Shown here: piece by piece, positions 56,349-64,000 of the stretch
Position numbering within the stretch: the stretch's first letter is position 1
Layout of the letters: each line of letters begins with the position of its first letter
NCBI GenBank assembly: GCA_965203175.1
Contig: OZ241867.1
Span: forward strand, 5,568,001 to 5,632,000
From: Candidatus Latescibacterota bacterium
GTDB taxonomy: Bacteria; Latescibacterota; UBA2968; UBA8231
DNA: 64,000 nt
Direction: 5' to 3'
The notes under the pieces: model-generated
The model's input: the letters and a program-made list of their open reading frames with translations, nothing else
Database searches by the model: none
Told to the model about the DNA's origin: nothing
Position numbers and translations under genes: made by a program

Positions 56349-57997
56349 CGCACCCCTACCTTCCTGTAAATCTCCTCGCGCACCTTGTAGATTTCCCGCG
56401 CCTCTTGGGTCATCTCCGCCCCACCCCGTTCCGTCCATTCGGCCACGAAATCGTCGAAATAGTCGAGGTCGCGCTCGCCGCGTACGATTTCGGCGTAAAC
56501 CGTCATCTGCAAATTGCGCAAATCGCGCAAGTGCTTGATCGACGAGGGCACCACGTCCGGCTTGCCAAACAGGCCGGCCTGCGCCCACTCGGTGCGCTGA
56601 TAGCGCTCGCGGTGTTGCAGCATCGCCATCGGCAAGTACTTGTCGGCAATAGCGGGCCGGACCCCGCAGGGTGCAAAAAAGCCGCCCGGGCCATCGACGT
56701 TCAACACGGTCAGATGCTTGCTGGCAACGTTGCGGTCGTCGTAGGGCGGCAGATGGTACAGGCCGCGCTCAGCGTCGAACTCCCAATGCACGCCCCGCTG
56801 GCCCATCCGCACCTCCACAAAGAGCTTTTCCTCAACCGCTAGCGCCTCAAAAATTTTGAGCATCCGCACCACCTTCTCAGGCACTGCCGCCACCTGCTTG
56901 CCAAAGACAAAGACATGGGCAGCCGTGCTCCACACCCGTGCCCCGCGGATGCCTGCTGGACCAGCCGGAAACGGCCCGACCACCACTTCGGCACTCGGCT
57001 GTAACTCGGCAATGACCGATACCAACGAAGCCTTGTTGTACTTGTCAAAGCTATTATAGCCGCCCTGGCTAAAGAGATATCCCGTCCTACCGCTGACGAA
57101 TTTCTGGTAGGGTATTGGGCTGCTCTTGATTTGGCCAATCGCAAAGTCGGGGTCAATCAGCCCGTCGGCGTACCACTTGCGCAAAAGGCCCAAGATCTCC
57201 TTGACCTCGGGCCGAGTCCCGCCCCACACGACCGCGCCGTCGCGCAGCATCCAGCCGTGCGGCACGATCCCGTAGGCCCCAAAGATCGCGCCGAAGACAT
57301 TGAACCAAGCCTGCGCGTTGGGACACATGCCGTAGGTGTCTTGTATCCCATTGCCATCCGGATCCTCGTGGCGAAACTTCCACAGCGCCGTGTACATCTC
57401 GTCGAGGTTTTCCGGCACCTTGTCGATGCCGACGTTGCGCAGCCAGTCCATCCTCCAGATCCCCGGCACAGGATAGCCGAGACTGCTACCCCAAGTGGGG
57501 ATGCCGTAGTTGGCCCCCTTCCAGTAGGCGTAGAGCCACGCCGAGGGCGCGTACTCGTTGAGATAGCGCACGTAGTTGGGCGCGTGTTTTTGGATGACCT
57601 CGTAGGGAATGGGCAGCGCATAGCCGTGGTGGGCGTCCTTTTGCACCACGACCGGATCGCCGGCGTAGAACAAATCGGGCACATTGCCGCCGGCAAAGAC
57701 CAGCGGCCGGCGCCGCATATAGGCAAAATGACTAGTAAACAGCGGCTTGAAATCGACGTTGAACCGCGCTTCGAGCCGCTTTTCGATCCAAGTGCCCTCG
57801 CGCGCAGTGGGAAAGCGCGGGATGCTCATCCAAGAGATCTCGAGCCGCTCCTCCGGATCATCAACGACCGAATCCCAGTCGATACTCAGCTCCGCCTCTG
57901 TCGCCTGCATCCTCCGCGCCTGTCGCTCGGCGAGAGCATACACAGCGCTAACGCAGGCAAAAAACGCCAACAGTAAAAGAAGTTTTCTCCACGTCAT
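56345..57997 (-). CDS. Sugar ABC solute-binding protein (LplA-like)
   Basis: AGG.VPD, YGIP, RMDWL..VG..VP..LDE, DPDGNG..DT and WY.DGLIDP motifs. Confidence 0.88.
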   Translation of the reverse strand: MTWRKLLLLLAFFACVSAVYALAERQARRMQATEAELSIDWDSVVDDPEERLEISWMSIPRFPTAREGTWIEKRLEARFNVDFKPLFTSHFAYMRRRPLVFAGGNVPDLFYAGDPVVVQKDAHHGYALPIPYEVIQKHAPNYVRYLNEYAPSAWLYAYWKGANYGIPTWGSSLGYPVPGIWRMDWLRNVGIDKVPENLDEMYTALWKFRHEDPDGNGIQDTYGMCPNAQAWFNVFGAIFGAYGIVPHGWMLRDGAVVWGGTRPEVKEILGLLRKWYADGLIDPDFAIGQIKSSPIPYQKFVSGRTGYLFSQGGYNSFDKYNKASLVSVIAELQPSAEVVVGPFPAGPAGIRGARVWSTAAHVFVFGKQVAAVPEKVVRMLKIFEALAVEEKLFVEVRMGQRGVHWEFDAERGLYHLPPYDDRNVASKHLTVLNVDGPGGFFAPCGVRPAIADKYLPMAMLQHRERYQRTEWAQAGLFGKPDVVPSSIKHLRDLRNLQMTVYAEIVRGERDLDYFDDFVAEWTERGGAEMTQEAREIYKVREEIYRKVGVR

Positions 57998-58016
57998 AAG
58001 TGCCCTAAAAAATAAA

Positions 58017-58044
58017 GGAGGCAGATCGCAGTTGATCTACCTCC
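58017..58044 (-). terminator. Rho-independent terminator
   Basis: Minus strand GGAGGTAGATC-N6-GATCTGCCTCC followed by TTTATTTTTT. Confidence 0.75.
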
Positions 58045-58074
58045 CTAAGTCAAACCCGCAAACTACCGGGACTG

Positions 58075-59019
58075 CTACTGCATGTACGAAGCCTTAATGT
58101 GGCCCCAGCTATCGTTCTCGACAGCGGTTGGCAAAAGCTCCATCTGCGCCGGTAGCAAGATGAAGTCGGTGATGCACTTGCCGTCGCCGTTGCCGCAACG
58201 CGCGCCGCCCATGCGCCAAGCAGCGAAACGGCGGTCGGTGTCCCTGTCGGTGCCCACATCGTTGTCGATAATCGAGATGCCCAAACCGATGATATCGTTT
58301 TCGCTGAAGGCGTGCTGGACGCTATTTTCGGGCGACGCGTGGTCGAAGTCGTCCCAGCCCACGGTCCACCACTCGGCCTGGAAGGTCGCCTCAGTAGCGT
58401 GCGCACCGTTGAGGTTGAAGGAACTGCCGCAGCACGAATAGGGCTCGACGTCGTGCCAAGTAGCGCTCGAGGCCCAAAGCCAGTTCCAGCCAATCGGCTC
58501 CATCGGTGGCCAGCGGTAGTGGCTCATCTGGTTGAGGCGTCCGCGGTTGCGCAGCACTTCTTCCTCAGAGTCAAAGTCGTCGGCACCAAACCACGAGACA
58601 TCGCCGCCGTGATTGGCGTCGAGGTTGATCTCAAAGCTGTCGTCGCCGCCAGCGCCACCGATGCCGCCGGCATCGCGATCCCACAGATCGTCGAAGCGGT
58701 CATAGACGAAGTAGAGGCGGTCCAGCTCGTCGTTCCAGCCCGAGGTCCAGCGGAAGTTCAGATCCGCAGTATTGACCTCGGCTCCAACCTCGCCAGCCAC
58801 TACTACGTGCAGGAGCTCGCCGTTGAATTCGCTGAACGGCGTGAGCCACAAGTTGTCGGGCACTACGTCCCACTCGGAAATATCGCCGTCCATCACCGGC
58901 AGATGCGACGTGGGCCACTGCCAGACGCCCAAGATCAGCCCCTCGGGCACGTGCGCAAAAGAAGGCGAGCTCAGCCCCAAAAGCGATACGGCCACACTCA
59001 GCGTCAATAGTTTCCTCAT
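58075..59019 (-). CDS. Secreted DOMON/CBM9-like protein with C-terminal TAVE..SW..IKA tail (paralog of 31027..31923)
   Basis: Signal peptide SFA|H; DGDISEW, LYFVYDRFDD, DSFEINLDANHGG and IIGLGI...DND. Confidence 0.7.
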   Translation of the reverse strand: MRKLLTLSVAVSLLGLSSPSFAHVPEGLILGVWQWPTSHLPVMDGDISEWDVVPDNLWLTPFSEFNGELLHVVVAGEVGAEVNTADLNFRWTSGWNDELDRLYFVYDRFDDLWDRDAGGIGGAGGDDSFEINLDANHGGDVSWFGADDFDSEEEVLRNRGRLNQMSHYRWPPMEPIGWNWLWASSATWHDVEPYSCCGSSFNLNGAHATEATFQAEWWTVGWDDFDHASPENSVQHAFSENDIIGLGISIIDNDVGTDRDTDRRFAAWRMGGARCGNGDGKCITDFILLPAQMELLPTAVENDSWGHIKASYMQ

Positions 59020-59200
59020 AACTTGTCTCCCTCTCCTAAGAAATGGGGTTGCCTCGATAAAAAATTTTCGCGCCGATATACTCGGAGCGCGTTTTGAATC
59101 GCATTGAGGCTGTTAGTCATAACAAATGGCTCTTATGTTGTCAATGTCTTTTTAGATATAGTAGCGCGTCCTAAGAAGGCGCGTTGACATCCTCAAAATC

Positions 59201-61366
59201 ATGCTAGCGATCGTCCTCATCCTCTTCACGCTTTACCCAGCGGCTTCCCAAGCCCAGCCATCCGCTTCCGAGCGCATGGTCGCCCGCCTGCAACAAATCG
59301 CCAGCGAAGTCCGCGCCCAAGTCCCCACCAACCTCAACACCCTGAACATGAACGCCGCCAGCGCCGCTTACTTGCGCGAGCAGCTAGCCAAAGCGCAAAG
59401 CCGCCAGCGCAAACAGGCGCTGCGCCTCGAATTGGCCATCCAGCTTCTGCGCGCCGGCCAGACGCGCGAGGCCATCGCCGAACTGCATATCCTACAAGCG
59501 CAAGACCTGCCTTCCGACCTCCATGTACGAGTCCGCGACCGGCTGAGCATCGCCTACTTGCGCCTCGGCGAACAGGAAAACTGCCTGCTCCACCACACCA
59601 TCGCCTCCTGTCTGTTGCCCATCCAAGGCGAGGGAATCCACACCCTGCAAGAAGGCTCACAGACCGCCATCGAACAGTACACAGCGGCCCTGCACGAGAA
59701 TCCGGACGACCTGAGCGCCCGCTGGTTGCTCAATATCGCCTATATGACCCTCGGCCAGTACCCCCACGCCGTCCCGCCCGAGTGGCTCGTACCCCCGGAT
59801 TGCTTCGCCGACTCCTCCACTATCGGGAGCTTTGCGGACCGAGCACCGGGCCTAGGCTTGGATGTAGTCGCTCTATCCGGCGGCAGCATCGTCGATGATT
59901 TCGACAACGACGGCTATCTCGACGTCGTCGCCTCTTCTTGGGGCCTAGACGACCAGCTTCGCTACTTCCGCAACCAAGGTGACGGCACCTTTGCCGAGCG
60001 CACCGAGCAAGCCGGACTCACCGGCCAAGTCGGCGGCCTCAACATCTGCCAAGCCGACTACGACAACGACGGCAACCGCGACCTCCTCGTGCTGCGCGGG
60101 GCTTGGCTCGCCGACTTGGGCCACCACCCCAACTCCCTGCTGCGCAACAGCGGCGGCACCTTCGCCGATGCGACCGAAGCGGCCGGCCTCCTCGCCTTTC
60201 ATCCCACCCACTCGGCGGCCTGGAGCGACTACGACAACGACGGCGACCTCGACCTCTACGTCGGCAACGAGTCCGATGCCTGGGAGCCGCACCCCTGCCA
60301 ACTCTACCAGAACCAAGGCGACGGCACCTTCGCCGATGTCGCACCCGAACTGAGCATCGACAATATCGGCTTTGTCAAAGGCGTAACTTGGGGCGACTAC
60401 GACGACGACGGCGATCCCGACCTCTATCTCTCCCGCCTCGACCAAGACAACGTCCTCTATCGCAACGAAGGACCACGGGAACCGTTTGCCGACGCGACCG
60501 CAGCGGCTGGCGTCGCCGAGCCGCAGGGATCGTTCCCCACTTGGTTTTGGGACTACGACAACGACGGCGACCTCGACCTCTTCGCCGCCGGCTACCACAG
60601 CGAAAACCCCGATGACATCGCCGCGGTCTATCTAGGTCAGCCCTCGTCCGCAGCAAGGCCCCGCTTCTACCAGAACCGGGGCGATGGCACCTTCGCCGAT
60701 ATAACGGCACAGGTCGGCATGGACGGAATTATCCTAGCCATGGGGGCCAATTTCGGCGACCTCGACAACGACGGCTTCCTCGACTGCTATATCGGCACCG
60801 GCAACCCCGACCTGCGCTCATTGCTCCCCAACCGCATGATGCGCAACGTCGGCGGACAGCGCTTTGCGGAGGCGACCTTCTCCGGCGGCTTCGGCCACAT
60901 CCAAAAAGGCCACGGGGTCTCCTTTGCCGACATCGACAACGACGGCGACCAAGACATCTACATCGTCTTAGGCGGAGCCTATGACGGCGACTTCTACCAG
61001 AATGTCCTGTTTGAAAATCCCGGCCACGGCCATCGCTGGCTCACCCTCCGCCTCGAAGGCGTCCAATCCAACAGAGACGCCTTGGGCACCCGCATCCAAG
61101 CGCGCATCCGCGAAAATGGCCTCATCCGCGACATCTACGCCACCGTCGGCTCGGGCGGCAGCTTCGGCGCGTCGAGCCTGCAACAAGAGATCGGTTTAGG
61201 CCGCGCCGATACGCTTCTTTTTGTCGAAGTTACCTGGCCGACAACGGGCCAAAAACAGCGCTTCTCCAACCTCGCCATGGACCAGATCGTCCATATCCGC
61301 GAAGGGGACGCCGCGCCCATCCCAATCCACCTCAACCGCTTCTCTTTCTCCTCCTCCGCCCATTAA
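59201..61366 (+). CDS. CRTAC1/ASPIC-UnbV protein with helical TPR-like N-region and FG-GAP repeats
   Basis: About seven D(F/Y/L/I)DNDG.LD repeats; C-terminal L.L.G..SNRD.LG.RI and GLG. Confidence 0.88.
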   Translation: MLAIVLILFTLYPAASQAQPSASERMVARLQQIASEVRAQVPTNLNTLNMNAASAAYLREQLAKAQSRQRKQALRLELAIQLLRAGQTREAIAELHILQAQDLPSDLHVRVRDRLSIAYLRLGEQENCLLHHTIASCLLPIQGEGIHTLQEGSQTAIEQYTAALHENPDDLSARWLLNIAYMTLGQYPHAVPPEWLVPPDCFADSSTIGSFADRAPGLGLDVVALSGGSIVDDFDNDGYLDVVASSWGLDDQLRYFRNQGDGTFAERTEQAGLTGQVGGLNICQADYDNDGNRDLLVLRGAWLADLGHHPNSLLRNSGGTFADATEAAGLLAFHPTHSAAWSDYDNDGDLDLYVGNESDAWEPHPCQLYQNQGDGTFADVAPELSIDNIGFVKGVTWGDYDDDGDPDLYLSRLDQDNVLYRNEGPREPFADATAAAGVAEPQGSFPTWFWDYDNDGDLDLFAAGYHSENPDDIAAVYLGQPSSAARPRFYQNRGDGTFADITAQVGMDGIILAMGANFGDLDNDGFLDCYIGTGNPDLRSLLPNRMMRNVGGQRFAEATFSGGFGHIQKGHGVSFADIDNDGDQDIYIVLGGAYDGDFYQNVLFENPGHGHRWLTLRLEGVQSNRDALGTRIQARIRENGLIRDIYATVGSGGSFGASSLQQEIGLGRADTLLFVEVTWPTTGQKQRFSNLAMDQIVHIREGDAAPIPIHLNRFSFSSSAH

Positions 61367-61370
61367 GGTC

Positions 61371-63146
61371 TTAATGCCCCTCGATGGACCGAATCGCCGC
61401 TTCCACCGTCCGCCTTCCCTCGCTCCGCACCCCAACCTCGGCATACGCAGCGCGCGCCTGCTGCAGCGCCTCTAGCGCCCGTGCCCGCTCGTCCTTCTTG
61501 CGGTACACCAACCCGATATTGCCCAAGCTCTGTGCCTCCCCCTGCCGGTGCCCGATCAACTGAAAAACGTGCAGGGCATCGCCAAATGCCTTGAGCGCCT
61601 CGTCCAAGCGTCCCTGCTCAAAGTAGATGTTGCCGATATTGCTCAGTTGCGCGGCCTCGCCTTGGCGGTTGCCCGCCTGCGTGAAGACGTGCAGGGCGTT
61701 CTCAAAGGAGGCGAGCGCCTCGTCGATTTTGCTCTGGCGGAAGTAGAGGTGACCGATGTAGTCAAGTTGGGTCGCGCCCTCGGCATAGAGATCGAATTCG
61801 CGGTACAGCGATAGCGCCACACGATGAGCTTTTATCGCCTCGTCCAGACGACCCTGCTTTTGCAGCACTTGACCGATCTTACTCGACTGGACGGCCCGAC
61901 CGCGCGGATGGCCATGGGCGACGTAGATCTCCAGCGACGCTTCAAAGGCGGACAGCGCCAAATCCAAGCGACCCTGATACAGATGCACATCACCGATGTG
62001 GTCCAATGCCTGCGCCCGCTTGCCCGGGTGGCTATCGTAGCGCCGGTAGAGCGCAAGCCCCGACTGGTACGCGGACAGCGCCGAATCCAAACGGCCCTGC
62101 TGGAAAAAAATGCGCGCCATGTGGTCGCGCGTCTCGGCTTGGCTATCTACTTTTCCTTGCGCCTGATGTATAGAAAGCGCCTCGCGGTAGGCGACCAACG
62201 CCGCCTCTAGATCGTCCTGCTGCTGGTAGATTTGTCCGATTCGCACTAGCTGAGTTGCGCGAGCCGCATCGTCGGCTAGGCGCTCGAGGACGGCCAGTCC
62301 TGCGGAAAAGTAAAAATGCGCCGAATCGGGCCTGTCCTCGTCTAAGTGGATATTGCCGATATTCGTCAGGCTGCCAGCTTGCCCGCGCAAATACCCCTCG
62401 TTCCGGTAGAGTACGAGCGCCTCTGTGAAGGTTGTCAGTGCCGAATCCGCCGCGCCCTGGACGAAGTAAACCGTGCCGATGCGGTCGAGATCCCGCGCCA
62501 GCCCGAGGTGGTCGCCGATCCGCCGATGTCCATCCCGCGCCTGTTTTAGAAAACCTAGCGCCTGCTCTGGATCGCCCTGCATGAAATAGGCCGCGCCTAA
62601 ATCGCCTAGCGCTTGGGCCTCGCCAGCGGCAAAGCCGTTCTGCCGGTGCAGCGCCACCGCACCTTGGTAGGACACCAGCGCCGAGTCGAGACGCCCTAGG
62701 CGCTGATGAGCTTGGCCCAGATTGCCCAGCAAAGCGGCTCGGACCTCTGTAGTCGCCTTAGAAAGTTCCAGTCCCTTTGCCAACGCCTCCCCAGCCTTTT
62801 CATACTCGCCATCGCACAGCAGCGCAACCCCCGCATTGAGCCAGACTGCCGGAGACGGTCGCCGCGCTGCGGCCTGTAAATAGCTCGCAGCCGCAGCACC
62901 GCAGCGACCCGCGCTGAGGTGGTCTTCACCCGCGTCAAATTGCGCCCGTGCCGCAACCGCCCCTTTATCCTCTTCCGCAAAATCAACCCGCGCCGCCTTC
63001 AGCACCACCAATCCATGCGGGCTCTCGTAGAGAACGAGCGGCGCTTCTTGGGCGGATTCGCAGGACGCGAACAACGCAAATAGCAGTAGAACGCGATAGA
63101 TAACTGTAGCAGTAGTTCGTCGGGAATCCCGATTTGATGAAGACAC
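61371..63146 (-). CDS. TPR-repeat protein, possible lipoprotein (start uncertain)
   Basis: About 40-aa repeats A..L..IG..Y..QG.LD.AL..Y..AL; LFAS-C possible lipobox. Confidence 0.85.
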   Translation of the reverse strand: MSSSNRDSRRTTATVIYRVLLLFALFASCESAQEAPLVLYESPHGLVVLKAARVDFAEEDKGAVAARAQFDAGEDHLSAGRCGAAAASYLQAAARRPSPAVWLNAGVALLCDGEYEKAGEALAKGLELSKATTEVRAALLGNLGQAHQRLGRLDSALVSYQGAVALHRQNGFAAGEAQALGDLGAAYFMQGDPEQALGFLKQARDGHRRIGDHLGLARDLDRIGTVYFVQGAADSALTTFTEALVLYRNEGYLRGQAGSLTNIGNIHLDEDRPDSAHFYFSAGLAVLERLADDAARATQLVRIGQIYQQQDDLEAALVAYREALSIHQAQGKVDSQAETRDHMARIFFQQGRLDSALSAYQSGLALYRRYDSHPGKRAQALDHIGDVHLYQGRLDLALSAFEASLEIYVAHGHPRGRAVQSSKIGQVLQKQGRLDEAIKAHRVALSLYREFDLYAEGATQLDYIGHLYFRQSKIDEALASFENALHVFTQAGNRQGEAAQLSNIGNIYFEQGRLDEALKAFGDALHVFQLIGHRQGEAQSLGNIGLVYRKKDERARALEALQQARAAYAEVGVRSEGRRTVEAAIRSIEGH

Positions 63147-63162
63147 GGCTAGCCGCGTCTTC

Positions 63163-63909
63163 CTACTCGGCTTCGTCTTGCAGACTCAATACCGGCCGGC
63201 GGTCGAAATGCACCACCCCAAAGCGCTCGGGCGCGTGGAATTGCGGCTTGGGCGTCAGGGTATTAGACCAAGTAATGTACTGTAGATTGACCACGCCACC
63301 CGTGCGGTACAGGTTGAGACGCCACACATCGCCGGCGGTCGGGGGCAGGTGGGGGGCGTATGGGGCGAAGACGGCAAAGGGAAGGGCGATTTCAGTGGTC
63401 CAGAGCGTATCCTTATCCGTCTCTTGGTTGAGTGTGCCTTGGATGTCGATGGCCACCTGCACGCCCTCGCCGTTCCATGACGACGAACGCTCGGCGTGCG
63501 GCGAGCGGTCCAGAATCGTGCCCAAGGCGTTGAATTCAAAATTGAAATAACTGGTGACTTGGCTGGTGTCTGGGGCGATAAATACCTCGACGCAATCGTC
63601 GCGCGACACCGGGCTATCGCGCTCGGTCAGGGTAGCCGAAATGTGCGGGTCGTGCGCGGTGAAGGCGACGTACAGATGCACGTCGTCCCACAGCAAGCGG
63701 GCCTCGGTGCGATCCTTGGCCCCTTCCGTCCACCAAGGAAAGACGAACTGATCAATGACTTGGGCAGCCTCCCAAGAAGGCTCGTCGAGGTGGCCGTCCA
63801 CGGCGATAGGCCCGGCGGCGCGGAGGATGGTGTGGTGCGGCAGGGCATCCTCCGCGGGAGCGGCGGCGGAGGTTAGGACTAGCCAGAAAGTGGCGATGAA
63901 ATAGCGCAT
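63163..63909 (-). CDS. Secreted CBM9-like protein
   Basis: VDG.LDE..W, LLWDD..LYV, DDCVEVF, FEFNALG, WT.EIA.PF, WRLN and FH.PE.FG motifs. Confidence 0.85.
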   Translation of the reverse strand: MRYFIATFWLVLTSAAAPAEDALPHHTILRAAGPIAVDGHLDEPSWEAAQVIDQFVFPWWTEGAKDRTEARLLWDDVHLYVAFTAHDPHISATLTERDSPVSRDDCVEVFIAPDTSQVTSYFNFEFNALGTILDRSPHAERSSSWNGEGVQVAIDIQGTLNQETDKDTLWTTEIALPFAVFAPYAPHLPPTAGDVWRLNLYRTGGVVNLQYITWSNTLTPKPQFHAPERFGVVHFDRRPVLSLQDEAE

Positions 63910-63941
63910 GAGAGTTTCCTATCAATCACTTCAAAAGCTGC

Positions 63942-64000
63942 TCAGATTTCCTTCTCCTCTTCGATTTTGTGCGGCTCGTTGGACTCGAATAGGACGCGCA
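63942..64000 (-). CDS. Possible 3' end of a gene truncated by the window edge
   Basis: Reads RVLFESNEPHKIEEEKEI*; too short to assign. Confidence 0.3.
   Translation of the reverse strand, partial: RVLFESNEPHKIEEEKEI

Noticed and set aside
59890-60960. Recurrent GACAACGACGGC DNA repeats
   Set aside because: Explained by FG-GAP DxDNDG coding repeats.

Overview
GC-rich bacterial chromosome segment. Its gene repertoire (three PhyH dioxygenases, three sulfatases, several CUT1 sugar ABC modules, a DUF6785-type membrane protein, a CRTAC1/ASPIC-UnbV protein, a TPR protein and a 'QNYPNPFN' FlgD/T9SS-like tail) suggests a Latescibacterota/Gemmatimonadota/Poribacteria-like, possibly sponge-associated lineage; this is inference. 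Positions 1-13.6 kb are housekeeping: L,D-transpeptidases, apgM, recJ, rsmB-PASTA-rpe and ffh-rpsP-rimM-trmD-rplS. The remainder is carbohydrate/sulfate catabolism, interrupted by small AT-richer defence and toxin-antitoxin islets: ABC-ATPase+DUF4276, DUF4238, an EVE protein, and four antitoxin-like genes whose toxins are truncated, IS-disrupted or absent. Two complete IS elements could be delimited: an IS3 inside a RelE-type toxin and an IS5/IS903-like element inside a PhyH gene. The best novelty candidate is a pair of paralogous secreted DOMON/CBM9-like proteins. Each has a predicted mature N-terminal His, a conserved DxxHxG motif and a shared C-terminal 'TAVExxSWxxIKAS(F/Y)' tail that may be a sorting signal, and each lies just upstream of a terminator and a sugar-binding-protein gene. 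No rRNA, tRNA or CRISPR array was seen. Family assignments are from motif recognition, not database searches.
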